Source: Felis catus
Lineage: Eukaryota
Direction of reading: 5' to 3'
NCBI RefSeq assembly: GCF_018350175.1
Contig: NC_058383.1
Span: forward strand, 30,816,001 to 30,880,000
Length of the DNA stretch: 64,000 nucleotides
Made by a program: the position numbers and the translations under genes. Below the pieces are notes generated by a model. That model was not told the DNA's origin. It ran no database searches and worked only from the letters and a program-made list of their open reading frames with translations. How positions within the stretch are numbered: the first letter of the stretch is position 1; each line of letters opens with the position of its first letter. Below are positions 12,076 to 25,440 of the stretch, piece by piece.

Positions 12076-14191
12076 GGGGGTTATTGTGCCCAAAATAACC
12101 TCATCTGCTTCCCTCGCTCCAGACTGAATTTTCAGATGCTCCGACGTTTAAAAATAAAAGACAGGAAGTAGGACAAGCAACTGTAATACAAGACAAGCTG
12201 CCAACTCGACTCGTTCTGAGACTGGAAAGTCTGAACAAAGGGTTACCTGAAATGTGACCACAGTTGAAGCCCCTTGGAGAAGCTCCTACTGGGTGACGCC
12301 ACATTTAATCCTCTTGCCAAACCCGAGAGGCCTGTGCTACTGGCCCCGTTTTACAGATGGGGAAACTGAGGCACAGAGCGGTCCAGGCCCCAAGCCCCGT
12401 GGTACAGCTGACGTTTGAACCCGGGTCCGACTCATCCAAGGTCTTGCTCTCTCGGTTACGTACCACACTGCTGTTGCACAGCCGGGAGAAACTCAAAGCT
12501 GAGCTTTGCTGTATCTACCACAAGGAAATCCACCCATCAAACAGAACCACTGACGGGGGTGAAAAGGTCTGCTGTCTGGGGGGAGCCTCGTACTTTACAG
12601 CCTGGTTTCAGCAAGGGCGGGCTTGGCCACAAGGAGGCCCTCTTCGTGGAGACGAGATCACAGAGCATCGGCTTCTTAGATCAACTGGACGGTATTTGGA
12701 AAGAAAGGCAGGAACAGTGGTGGGGAGACACATCGAGACTCACATCCCCCCAAAGTCCTCAGTGAATGTGCTTGCTGGGTGTTGCTCTGAAAGCCCCAGC
12801 GCTCCAAGGCGTGCGCTGGTTCTAAGAACGCAGATAGGAGCTGCGTGTACTCGGCCAGCAGCCCAAGCGGTGGCTGTCATTCCCGCGGCCACAGCCACGG
12901 GCCTACTTTGCACCTGGTGTTCGTCACTGGGGCAGAGACTTGTTAAATCTCTGAATCAGCCTTTTGAGGGAGGAGGGCCTGTTACCAGTCCCCGTTTACA
13001 GATGGGGACATCAAGGCACAGAGTCCCTCAAAGGCCTCATTCAAGATGACTGAGCAACCCAGGCCTGTGGGACTGCACAGCCCTTTCTCTGAACGGTGAT
13101 GCCACTCTGCTCATCCCTTCAACGTCAAACTCACAAAACGAGCTGCATCCCAAACTCCGACAGCATGGCTTGTTTCCTGGTGCACTAGTAATTTCTCAAC
13201 CTGCCTTCCCAGGACAAGCTAGTGAGAAAAACATCCACAACTCTGTCACAGCAAGTTCCCATGTGTACAAAAGAGAAATGAAAACAAGGAATTGTGTTTT
13301 CCCTCAGCAGGCCGTGACCTGCTTTATCCTCTGAGTGACGCTGGCTAAGCCACTGATTGCGCAAAGGATGGCATTCCTGGGGCCAAAACAGCACGTGGCT
13401 CTCTTTTCCAGTCCCAAGAAAACATCGCAGGTATATGAGATTCACAAGGACGGGAAGAGGCCACGGGACAGGAGCAGACAGGGAGGAAGGAGACGGCTGG
13501 AGAGCGTGTGTGGGTAGGTAGCTACACCCACTTCTCTGACCTGGGTCAAACCCCCCCCTTAGTGCTTTACCCCTCTCAGCCCCAACCTCCAGGCCTCTCT
13601 GCAACACCCACTTTGGGAAGTAACCCCAAGTAGGGGGAGATGGGTTGGACCTTGGGCAGCACCAACCAGTGGCGCTGTACTAATGAGATGTGCGCGCTCA
13701 GAGGCCACAGGCGGGGGGGTGGGGCAGGTTTAAAGCCAGGGACGTGAGCCCCACACTGGACACCCTGCAGAGGAGAGGCGGCTTGGCCACAGGCGGGTGC
13801 GACGGAGTCCAGGCTTCCCTTCCCAGGGATGCTAAGACCTACAACCAGGAGCTTCGAAATCACCGCCCATGAAGCTATTTACCAACACTCTGTTTCATTT
13901 GGACACAATGGCCACAGAGGCTGGACAGCCACGTGAACTCAGCCTGAGCTCCCCCTCCACCCCGTGCCAGCTGCAAGTTCCCGTCCCACGGCCAGGCCCC
14001 TTCGCCGTGGGAGGCTCCGCTTCCTCGCTGGGCAGCAGGGCACGGGAACGCCGACTTCCAGGGGGAGATGTGAGCACTTAACTTCAGAAGAGCTCGCGAC
14101 CTCACACCTGGTTCCTTCTCGGCCATGGGGCCACACAGGTGTGCAGCCGGTTTTATGAGAGTCAATGACAGACCAGCTTCTTGAACAAGAC

Positions 14192-14419
14192 CGGTGTTCT
14201 CACCGCTGGGACTCCTGATACCTTGGGTCAGAAAACTCTCTGTTGTGAGAGGCCTTCCTGTGCACTGTAGGACGTTCAGCAGCATCCCTGGCCTCCGCCC
14301 CGCCGGATTCTAGTAGCATGCCCCCCTCCCGTTGTTGTGACAATCAAAACTGTCTCCGTTCACTGCCAACTGTCCCTGGGGCTGGGAGGAAGGTGACAGA
14401 GCTCCCAGTTGAGAACCTG
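14192..14419. mobile_element. MER20 hAT-Charlie MITE
   Basis: gttctca...ttgagaacc termini; cctgtgcactgtaggacgttcagcagcatccctggcctc; gttgtgacaatcaaaactgtctcc. Confidence 0.85.
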
Positions 14420-17400
14420 GGGGTCAACAGAAACAGAAGGGCCCACTGTGGCTGCTCTGTGCGCAACCCCTCAAGGCAAGTTTTACTTCTGAACAAGAGT
14501 GGTTTCTTGGACTTCATAGGTGAAAATACCACACTTCCTTTTCAACCCCGGTAACTTGTGACCAATTCCCCGGAATAGACACAACTGCCCTCCATGGACC
14601 CACGGCACGGTTCTTGGAGAGCTTCTAGAAGGAAAACCACATCATGACTGGCTGTGTTCCTTCTCTGTAGGTAAACAAGTGCCACCAAGAGGCACCGAAA
14701 CATGGCAAGGAACAGGAAGAAGTGCCACAGAGAAGACGGAGAGAGCTCGAGCAGGTGCTCTGCCCGCAAGAGACGAACATTTGGCCGGGCACCGAGCCCG
14801 CTCTGGGGATCCAGAAGCTGCCACACAGGGAGTGCGCAGGGCAGACAGGCTGCACTTGGATGCTGAGCAGACATCTCCTGCCTGTGGACTGTTCCGATGA
14901 CCCACAGCTTGTCAGGCCCAGTGCTGGGGGGACCTCGGGCAGGACCGCGGGCGGTGCTGTGTCTTGAGGGCTGGTTGTCAGTTACCCTGGTCGGTATCCA
15001 GTGGTCATCGTCCCCTGGGATTGAGGGGGTTGCCGCCTCCTTCCACCCTACCCTGCATTTCTTTCTGTGCTGAGCAGACTCATCTAACACATATCCCGTT
15101 TGTCTGGCAAGCCCTGCGATATACCAGGGGCCACACGCAGCCCACACACAAATCAGCAGATGCCTAATTTTCAAATCAGATTTTTTATTGAGATATAGGT
15201 TTCTGCCACGTGGAGAAACAGAAAATCTGGCCACCTGCAGATCCACATACAGGAAACTAACGGGGAGGGCAGCGGCCGACCCTCTCCCACAGGATCCACA
15301 CCCCTGCCTGAGGTCACACGTCAGTGGCGTTACTCGCTTACACGTGACCTGCCTGGCCCGACAGGCACCTGTACTAGCTGCCACGCCCCAGCTGACAGGG
15401 GTGGACTTGGGGACGTTTGCTCTCTTGCTCCCGGATGCGGGGAAGGTGCGGGGCTTCACTAAGCAAGAGGCTGTGAGATCACAGAAGCAAGTCAGGAGGG
15501 GACGTCCCACCGGGGCATTTATGTCCCAGGTAAGGGTGTCCGGCCGGGAGGCGCACTGCCTCCCCCTAAGGATCGCACACCTGGTTAGGAACGACGTGGC
15601 AAGATGTGGAGGCTAAGGAACAGTGACCACAGCCGCCGTGGGTACGAGCTTCCCCTCCATACCAGCCTGCTCAAGGTCCCCTGTGAACTGGGGGGGTGGG
15701 GTGGGCAGGGGGCACGTTAGTGCTTGACCCCTGGTGTGTCCCAACAAAGCACCAGCGTGTCAGAAAACGGGTCAAAGGTTCTGCAAGCCCCAACGGCCGC
15801 CAAGTTGCTCCAGGACCAAAGGGCACACACTCTGAGGAGGGGGCCGCAGCCACTGAACTTCCAGGCAGAAGCTATGAACTGTGTCAAGTGCCCTGCATAG
15901 AATACGCTGCTCCCTTGTGCAAAACCAGGCTGGACACAGCTGCCAGGTCCAGAAGCCGGCTCCTGCAGAGACAGGCCTGCCTGGCAAAAAGCCCGTCCCT
16001 GCCCGGAGGCGTGACAGGCAGGCTGCGGCCGGTGAAGGTGCTGCCTCCCCTGTGCTGCTCTGGATGACCTGTTCACCGCGTTCTCCCCAGCGAGGGTGAC
16101 AGGGGCGCCACCGTGGTTGTGCTGAGCCACCTGCTCTGAGAGTCGTCAGCCAAGGTGGCAACGGAGGCGGCGGCCAGCTGGCTGATCTTCCTGCTCGGGG
16201 ACTCGGTGTTAACTTCACAGCTCTCGCATGCGGAGGACAGCTGCTTCGGGAGACACCCTGCCCTCGCGACCCTGCCCCAGCTTCCTCCCAGGGTCCTGCC
16301 TCCCCGTCCTGCTGCTTTGCTGGCTCCACGGGGCCTGCCCTGGCCCCGCTTCTATCCTCAGCCCTCTCCTCCTCTCCTCTCCCTTTTTCTTTCCCTACCT
16401 CCATGGTTACCGGTGCCAAGCTTGTATCAGGAGACCAGATCCCAAGCAAGGAGTGTCTCCCCATTCCTGCAAGAGAGGACTCTCCGGGGTTCCAGAGCCA
16501 CGAAGCAAGGTTCTGGGACATTCTTGGCAACTGCCCAAGTCACAACTTATTCTTCAAATATTCCCAATATTCTTTGTACCGTTTATTACTCTGGAGATCT
16601 AAAAAGATTTACCTCTTAAAGAAGAAACAGGAAGTTTGGAGGTATTTGCCAAGACCCTCAGCCGAGCGAGCCCCGAACACTGGATGACACCTGCGCGCGT
16701 AACCGGGGACTGTTCCCCTAACAGCGCGGTGCACGGATCTCCTGCCAAGGTGGACAGCATCGCACGGAATTGTGGGTCAAAATCAAAGTAAGGACTTACT
16801 GCGCTTCCAAAACTTATTTCTAGGAATACCATTCACATCAAGCATACTATGCACCTAAGCCGATTAGCATTTATTTCATTTGCAAGAAGGACTCGTTTGC
16901 CGCAGACACAACCACAAACATGCGCCAAAGACGCGGTGGCAGCTAAAAGCAAGACTGACCGATGAGACCGTGACCATTTCTCGCCTCTGACTTCCTGCCC
17001 TGGCTCCTGGAAATGTCACCCTTAACCACGTCCATGTGTTGGGAATCTCCCTTTTGCCTCCTTGGTGTAGATTCCTTCAAACCACGAACGGTGATCGCTG
17101 CCCTTTAATTTCCACGAGACAAATGCAATGCTTGCCCCCATCTCTTGACGGATTTTTCTTGGGATGTGAACAGGTACGTTTCCTGAGGAGCGCCAGGAGG
17201 GCATTTCCAGCTCGTGTGAAGCTCGGCACACGCACTCCTTGGAGACGCTCATCCCTCCTTACCTGGCTCCCAACTCACGTTCAGGACCCAAGACCAGCTT
17301 CTAAACCCAATGCCTTGTTTTCACCTTGTCTGCTCCCAAACCAGCTTCTCTTGTGTCCCCTTGACCATCATTTGCCCAGACATTCGGCCTCAAACACTTG

Positions 17401-18649
17401 GCATCATCTGGTTCAGGCCCATCCCCACCATTTCTCTGGGTTACCGCGAAAGCACCCCGCCACCCCCCACCGTTCCACTCTCCCCCAGCTGCCACTGTGT
17501 TCCTCCTAAAACACAGACCTGAGCCCGAAGGCCTGCACGGGCAACCCTTCTGGAGACCAGGACAGAAACTCTCTCGAGACCTGCACACTCCCAGGTCCCA
17601 GCCTTCCCGTCTCCCCTCTTGACGCCTATTGAAATTCTGCATATCAGATTGGTACAAGGGGGTGGGGTTTAGTGACAGCTGTCAAAATTTTTAAATGCAC
17701 CTGCCCTCTGAGCCAGGCTGGCTTCTAAAGAAAGATCAATCCTCCCTACCTATCTGCCAAAATGTAGCTCTACTGCAGCATTCCTGCCAGCACTGTTTGA
17801 GGGAGAAAAATCTGGAAATCTCTTCAATCTTCCAGTAGAGCAATGGTGAAATAAATGACAAAACAGCCCCTGCACTGGATGCTGCGTGGCTTTCACAAGG
17901 AATGAGCCAGCTTTATTAAATTAAAAAGGCAAACTACGGAATGCGGTGTAGGATCCGGCTTGGACATACAAAGGATTAACAGTTTCTACAACGTTACATA
18001 AGCGGCTTCACGGCGGTCACGGGGGGTGGGGGCACAATACTCGGCAGAGTGATGTTTACTTCGCAATCTCCTCTCGTTCTGTAGTGTTTCATTTTTTTTA
18101 ATACCTTAAGTTTATCACTTCCTCCAAAACGTCTGCTCCCCAGACTCTCCTTCCCCCGTGCTTCCTTTCTGCTGGTAAAAATAGTGACACACATACGTGC
18201 TTACTACGTGCAAAGGGCTGTTTGACGAGCCTGACATACGTGCGCTCGTGGAACCCGCGTGGCCCCCCGCGAGACGGATGCTACGAATATGTCCATTGTA
18301 CAGATGAAGACACTGAGGCCCGGGAGAGCTTCAGTGACTTGCTCAAGACCCCCCCGGCCTGTCCATAGCAGGGCTGGGATCCGAACCCGGCAGTGTGACA
18401 CGTAACGAGGCACTCTGCAAGTTCCTAGTGAATGGATGAAAGACACATAGCCCGATGATATCAAGCCCCATATGTACGTGGGCCCCCTATGCCAGGTCCA
18501 CATCTTAGTCATCGGGTTAGTAGCCCTGCCAACCTCTCTGCTAACCCAAGAGCCTGGACACAGTTGGTGCTCAATCATGTCTGTTGACTTGAATACCGAG
18601 ACTGTCCCCAGTGAGCGGACGTGGGGGCGTCGCTGCATCTGCCCGGCCT

Positions 18650-19310
18650 GGCAGGATGCTGGGTGCATCGTCACTTCTCCCCACCTGGACAGCCGGTCCT
18701 CAAACACAACGGGGTCCACTCACTGCTCACCTGCCCTTCTCATCACCTCCGCCAAGATGCCAACTCCTCCTGCGCACACCCTACAAAAGCCGTCCCACCT
18801 GCTCCTCTCCAATTTCATTCTCTATCCCATATCCCCAGAGTGAAGTTTTAAAAATGAGAACCAGATCCTTATCACAGCCCTCCCCCAAGCCCTTCAGGGG
18901 CTTCCCAACTCACTGAGAATAAAGCCCAAAGTCATTGTTATGGATTTCAAGGCCCCAGATGATCTGTGATCTGGCCACCCTGCCCTTACTCTGACACACT
19001 CAGCTTGCTACCGACCCAGGGCCTCCGTACTTACTGTTCCCTCTAACTGCACACCCTTCCCCCAGAAATTTGCAAGATCTTTCCCTGACGGAGGCCTTTC
19101 CTGACCATCTGCTGGAAAATACCACTGTATGACTCTCTAGCCTCTGACGCTGCATGAACTTTCTTCAAAGACCTTATTATTTGGCAGTGTATGTGTTTGT
19201 CTATTTTTCCACTCCCCTACTCCATCAAAGCAGAAAGTGTTGTTGTTGTTTTTTAATCTTCTTTCTGTTTTGCGCTCTACGATAAACCAGATGGGAAAGA
19301 TGTCCGCTGA
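18650..19310 (+). mobile_element. L2 fragment
   Basis: cacctggac...cccttcaggggcttcccaactcactgagaataaagcccaaa...gaggcctttcctgacca. Confidence 0.7.
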
Positions 19311-19705
19311 ATGTAGGCTCCTTTGAGGGGTACTTTCCATGTGTCCAGTCAGCAGAGTTTCTGTCCTGGACGTGTCCCAGAGTCCCCCACTTTTTCTGGC
19401 ACTCGTTACAGTCACACCATCCTCCTCCTCCCTGCTCTTGTCCCTCGTTTGTGGAACTGACCTCTCCCCATTCCCCACCAAACAGAAAGAGACGGCAGTC
19501 AGACCCTAAGTACTGAGGGTAGGAAGCCTGGGGACATGAAGGCTCTCTGAATGTTAGACAAGAGTAGCTGTTGTCCTTGTCACTTTCAAACAGAGGGACT
19601 CGTTCCCCTCTCCTTGGACTGGAGCCCTGGGATCTGGAAGGCCAGCACCCTGGGGGTGGCACTGCCTCCACGTACCCTAGCAGCAGCCCCAGAAACAGCC
19701 TGGCT

Positions 19706-19880
19706 GGGGGCGCCTGGGTGCCTCAGTCGGCTGAGCATCCGACTCTTGGTTTCCGCTCAGATCATGATCTCACGGTTGTGGGACTGAGCCTTGCGTCGAG
19801 ATTCTCTGTCTTCCTCTCTCTCTCTCTGTTCCTCCCTCCCCTTCAAAAGAAATAAACTTGAGGGAAAAAAAAAAAGAAAA
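19706..19880 (+). mobile_element. Can-SINE with internal deletion
   Basis: ggggcgcctgggtgcctcagtcgg head, short body, A tail; TSD agaaa(c/t)agcc(t/a)ggct. Confidence 0.9.
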
Positions 19881-21289
19881 AGAAATAGCCAGGCTTGGCT
19901 GGAGGTGATTGGGTGGCATTTTATACTTCCTGTCTCCAGGTGACAGGGCGGTAGGTAGCCGGGGAGGAGCCTCTGGTGGTGGGCTTCCAAGGATTGGGGG
20001 TGCCTTCCCGTGGGAAGAACAATGTCCACGGGCCCAGGCCGACCTCTCGGGCACCCGGAAAGCCAGAGCTCAGCTCCTGCAGCCGCTTTCCCTGAGGCGG
20101 GCCCTGAGTTACTGTCTAGAGTGCGGGATCCCTAGTAGGGGGACGGGAATAATTCAGAATGATCTTGGGCAAATCATTTAAACTTCCTGGGCCTCCAGTA
20201 TCTCACTTGTAGGGATGGATGCATATGTGGCTGGATGAAGAGACACCCAGAAATGTCCGTGGGGTTTTTATAAGGATTCTCTCCTCCTGTTTCTCACGAG
20301 CGGACATCTCAGACAAGACACTGTACTGGGCTCTCTCACGTGAGCTCACTTCACCCCCGACAGATCGGTGGTCCTGCCACTGTTCTTCCTGTTGTACACC
20401 TCACGACATGAGACACAGAGGCCAGACCCTTGCCTGAGGCCATCCTCCACCTTAGTGGGAGAGCTGGGGAACCTCAGACGCCACACTCCCCACCCTTTCT
20501 GTTTGGCTAGAGGGACCTCAGACCCATCTGCCTTTGAGGGCCTGGCAGCTGATGGAAATCAAGGAAGCCCGACTGGGTAGTTGGAAAGGTGCCAATGTGG
20601 GGCATAACCGTCCCACCAAAAGTCACTCACCTTCATGTTTTACTTTAAACACTGTCCACACCTAACCAGTCTCCCAGGTCTGGCCACACATTTGAGATCT
20701 GTCAAATCGGGTCTGCACTCCTCTGTGGCACCTGGGCCACGGTGAGGACTCTGGAGCCTGGAAGGTTCAGGCTCGTCCAGAGAAGCAGTGTGAGTTAAAA
20801 GTCCCTAGGAGGGAGCTAAGTAATTTCTATCAGCAGCAACTTGCAAAGTGAAAGGTCTCAGCTTGGGATTCAGGTGATCCTTTCGTGGTGAGCAGCGCGG
20901 GGCATTTCATCCCCAGGCTACACCCCTGCTCACTGGGAGAAATGGCAGCTCCTATTTTGGCAAAAAATACATTCAACAAGCTTTCGGAGCAAGTGCAGCA
21001 GCGGAGGGGGGTGGTGAGAGGGGCAAACATCGGCCACACTTTTTGCTGAAAATTCAGTTGGGAATTGGTGCTGTGACCTACATTACTCCAGCCCTCACCC
21101 CTGTAACTTTTCCCTCCCCTTCACAAACAGCCGACCGTGATGCAGTTCCCCAGGATGAATTGCTCTGCAGTAAACATTTTAATAATGCGCTAAATGCCAG
21201 CACAAGAAATCATGTGAGCCTTCACCAATGTGCGGTCCAGTTCCGCAGGATGAGTTCTTGGAATCCAAGCCTCCCTCATTAACGCACTT

Positions 21290-22260
21290 TCAAAAGAGCA
21301 CCTGACGTCCCCGCGGCGTCTGCTAACATCTGCCACGCGTCACGTCTTGGCACCCACCTTTCCCTGAAATGCTGGGGGGTGCAAACGACACGGGGCTCCC
21401 GAGGAGGGGGCCAGAGGGGGCTGCTCTTCCCCTGCTCACCATCTTGGGGCGGGGGGGCGGGCAGACTCCGGTCCCCATCCGACACACAGAGTTCAAAATG
21501 GGAAAGAAACGGTCTGCTTCCCGCCGCCCGGCTTTCTGATTCGGCCTGCTGCCGGCCCTGGCGGGGACGGCGGTGGGAGGCGGGGAGGTTTGGAGAACAG
21601 ATCCGACCAGCCGATTCTTCAGCTCCCAGATCGGAGCAGATGGCAGATTACTTGGAGGTCGGGATGCCCCTTGCAGAACACAGAGCAATACTGACACCCG
21701 AAAGAAGAAAAACAAAGTGGAGACGTGCGTGCAAAAGCGGGTCCTGCTGGATGCTGGGCCCCACAAGCCTAAAGGCTCTAAGGAAGATTTATGAAGAAAA
21801 CGGAGCAAGTTCTACGCACCGGCTTTGAGTCCCCTGCCCTCCGCCCCTCGCCCACCCCAAATCAGAGAGGGACCACCTTTCGGAAGTTTGGCAGTGGGGC
21901 AGCTCTCAGAACACGCGCGAGAGCAGCGTGCAAACCGAACGCATCTTGGGTGACACAGGGTCCGGTCTCCCATCCGGCCCGTATGGAGAGGCCGTCTGAG
22001 CGGCGGGTGAGAGGCAGGACCGCGCGCCCGAGTGTCTGCTGGGGGCCAGGCAGGAAACGCAAACGAGCGTAGGAGAAAAGCAGCCAAAGGCCAACAGGGG
22101 AAGGGGAAGGCTCGGCTCGGCTCGGGGTCCAGGAGGCAACGGGGTGGGGGTCTCGGGGAGGCCAGGCAGCACTGCTCCGCGGCAGCCAAGGGTGGCGGGG
22201 CGCTGAACGGGGGCGTATGCGTCTGGCCCCCGCCGTGACACAATACCACGGACTGCGGTG
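21290..22260. promoter_or_regulatory. CpG-rich intronic segment (CpG-island-like)
   Basis: Visibly dense CpG, GC boxes (ggggcgggggggcggg, ccgccc), TGACGT/CGTCACG motifs near 21303-21345. CpG o/e not computed. Confidence 0.4.
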
Positions 22261-22592
22261 GCTTACTTCAACAACAGACACTGATTTCTCACAGTTCTGC
22301 AGGCTAAGAGCCAGAGTGCTGGCAGAGTTAGTTCCGGGTGAAGGCTCTCTTCCTGGCTTGCAGATGGCTGCCGCTCACAGTGTCCTCACGTGGCAGAGAG
22401 AGCGAGCGAGCGAGCGAGCAAACCCCAGCGCCTCTTCCTCTCCTCGTAAGGGCGCTAATCCCATCGTGTCGCCCTTATGACTTCCCGTCAACCTCATTAC
22501 CTCCCCCAACCCCCACTTCCAAATACCATCACGCTGGGGTTAGGGCTTCCATACGTAACTTTGGGGAGGACACACATGTGCAGTCCCTAACA
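22215..22592 (-). mobile_element. MaLR solo LTR (MLT1A0-like)
   Basis: atttctcacagttctg, gtgaaggctctcttcctggcttgcagatggctgcc, aaataccatcacgctggggttagggcttc, cagtccctaaca. Confidence 0.88.
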
Positions 22593-24010
22593 CGAGAGGA
22601 CCGAGTCTCAGTTTTCCAGAGAAGCCTGATACGTGATTTGACACTGCTATTCTGAGGGTGGGGACACTTCAGTAAAAGTAAACAAAAACCAAAACTCCAC
22701 TGGACTGGTCAGATAAAAGATCGGGGGTGGGGGCAGGGCGGGCTCATTCCACAGGCTCCAAGGTTTACCCCGAAACACGGGATGTGGCACCGAACACCTG
22801 GGGCTCCCCGTGCGCTGGCTGGGTAACCCTGGGGTCAGCGGGGGACCTCTCTGGGCCTCGCTCTGCTCCGCAGTTTTGAGTGGAACCTTACAAAATTGCC
22901 ACTTTTATCGGCAGGTTTATAGGGTGCCACCTAATAGGTTCTCAGGAAGACTGGGAAGATGAGTTCAAGCAGGGGACCCCTGAGCCGGTGCCTGTAGTCA
23001 GCAGTCAGCACATGGAAGGGGACCGGAGGCACCTTCCTTAGTAAACACGCCTACTTCTGTTCAGTAGCTAACAGGGGCTTTAGAATCCTGAGTTAGCATT
23101 TGAAAGAATCGAGGACGTCTGTCAAGCTTTATGAGAATAATTATCTTTTGTAGGGTTTATGCCCTTAACCAAGAGAGATTTGGGTTTTTCAAATCAGAAA
23201 TTCCTCAGGGCGAGATGTGAGCTGTGCGCCAGGCACGCACAAGCAGGAGATCATCGCACGGAGACTTACCAGCAGCGACAAATCGCACCGCTGCTCACCT
23301 TCTGTCTACCCCAAAATGAACCAATCTACACACTTCAACCCGGAATCCCCACCTCACTCACAAAAGACAGACATGGGCCAGGCAGCGTCCTCTGGACCCC
23401 GGGAAAGCCAAAGGGAGCAAGTGGTTTAATTCCGACCGGGGTCTAGGCTGGCGTTTCCGCGGAAGTCTGGCGTCAACATGGCGTCATCTGCCACAATCTC
23501 TGAGATTCTTTGTGCTTTTCTGTTCTCTGTGCTAATTACACACAGAAGGTTTCTCCCTCAGCTCTGATGAACGTAACCGCACGGCCGAGCTCCCCCAGCA
23601 CACTGAGTTGCTCGGTGAACATACAGTTTCCATGATCCCGCAGGCCGTAGTTTGGTAAAAGCCCAATCAGAGAAACCCGGGCTGCCCACGGCAGGCAGGA
23701 GGAACGCCAGCTGGCCCGCGAGCAGTCTCTTCTCCTCAGACTGGGGCAGGCAGCCTGGCTTCGCATCAGGGTCTTAGGACTGCCTAACTTGATTGTCACT
23801 GGGGAATTTAGCCCAAACTCACAGGACTCAGGGACAGGTTAATTTCCAACACATATCGCAGGCCAGGCGGCTGCCTTTAAAAGAACGGGAACTCCCCTCA
23901 CGAACCATTACGGCGCTTTCCAAACAGCGAGACTAAGCCCCAGCATCACCAGGGAATGAATGCAAAATGTGGTTTTCCATAGCGAGCGTTTAGAAAAAAA
24001 GGTGGCTTGT

Positions 24011-24214
24011 GGGGCGCCTGGGTGGCTCTGTCAGTTGAGCGTCTGACTTTGGCTCAGGTTGTGGTCTCGTGGTTTGGGAGTTCGAGCCCCGGCGTCAGGC
24101 TTTCTGCTGTCAGTGGGGAGCCTACTTTGGATCCTCTGCCCCCCTCTTTCTTCCCCTACCCCCCACTTGCACTCGCTCTCAAAAATATACCCTTAAAAAA
24201 ATAAAAGAAAAAAA
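24011..24214 (+). mobile_element. Can-SINE
   Basis: ggggcgcctgggtggctctgtcagttgagcgtctgac; A tail; TSD agaaaaaaaggtg. Confidence 0.93.
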
Positions 24215-25440
24215 AGGTGCCTTTTACCAGATGCAGAATACAAATTTTGTCGTCTTACAAAAGCCCTGAAAAAATCAGGAAAACATGAGCAAGCTGCAAT
24301 CGAGAGGGGCAGCTGGCCAACGTCGGCCTGGTCGGAAGTTCAAGCTGGAAATGCCGGGAGGTGGGACCCAAGGCAGACATGAACAGGGTAAGCCCAGCTG
24401 AGGTCAGAGCATCACCGTTAATGAGGACCCCTGGACCTTCAGCGGACTGTTCTCGAGAGCTACGCTGAAAAGAAACACTTATTTCACCCCAGCACGTCAC
24501 ACGGCCCCAGCCAGCGCATCTCAACTAATGGGTCCCAATCCCACTTTTGGGGATCCACAGGTTTGCCGTAAAGAGTTTTACATCTTGAGTTTCCCTATGA
24601 TGCTAACGTTCTAGAAATGATACGATTATGTTCTATAGCATCTGAAGGCTCTAAAAAAAACAACTATTCCATCATCTCTGTTCTAGTTCTATGGTATAGC
24701 GGACTCCTCAGCGATCAAGTAGTGACACCAAGGGACGGCCACTTGCCCCAAGGTGCTGCACAGACATGGCCGCAGCAATGTGACCAGAGAAGAGTGGGGG
24801 GCACGGAGCTAGCCCCCAGACACACGGGCGCCACACGCGGCAAAGGAAGGAGTGTGCTACAGGCCAACGCGAGCAAAGCTTCGGTTTCAAAACAACATCA
24901 GTATCTGTTGTGCTGACAGTTTTAAATTGTGATGATTTTGTAAGTGCTTGACACGTCAACAAACGTCTTTCAATTCCTGTTCACTTTTATAAGAGATATA
25001 TGAATAAGAAATGTATACCTAATTTTTTAAGTTAGCTCACACTTAAAGTTATTTTCATATTAGTATTACTTAAGTCAGCAGCAGTGGGAGTCTGAGAATT
25101 TTCCCTTGCATCCATTACCCGCTGAAGCAACGGTGACAGGCTGATTTGGTTCTGGAAGATTCTGTGAGCTGCAGAGAAAATTACTCTCTGCTTTGATCGA
25201 AAGGTGGAAGGTAGAAAGCCACGCAGGCCTGCATTTATTTGCAAACCTCAGCTCAACAGCGCTCTTCGGCTGACCCGCTGTCTTGAAGCCCTTTCGGAAG
25301 TGCACAGCGCCTCAGCTCGTGCGGCTCGGGGAACAACACCTGGGCCCCAGTGTGTCAACGATGGCCACGCACTTCGCCTGCCAACCTCGGAGGAGGGGGA
25401 GGAGGAAGTGCTGGGCAGAGTGCCCATGTACAGTACTTAC

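Larger units (their letters stand above)
1..25440 (-). other. SNX29: Intron downstream of the exon (probable last intron of SNX29)
   Basis: Begins with GTAAGT at 25440; canonical terminal exon not found by eye; repeat-dense, with L1s antisense to the gene. Confidence 0.7.

Noticed and set aside
12357..13049. 230-aa ORF
   Set aside because: Starts and ends in MIR sequence (MGKLRHR, LQMGTSRHR are MIR-core translations).
14542..15510. 322-aa minus-strand ORF
   Set aside because: GTG start, no recognisable domain, overlaps a probable DNA-transposon relic; long open frames occur by chance in GC-rich DNA.
15772..16530. 252-aa ORF, and the similar 253-aa ORF at 30467-31228 and overlapping ORFs at 56612-57493
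   Set aside because: No recognisable homology or splice structure; several frames open on both strands, typical of stop-poor GC-rich DNA.
16790..16810. Donor-like GCA|GTAAGT on the minus strand
   Set aside because: No convincing upstream acceptor or SNX29-like reading frame.
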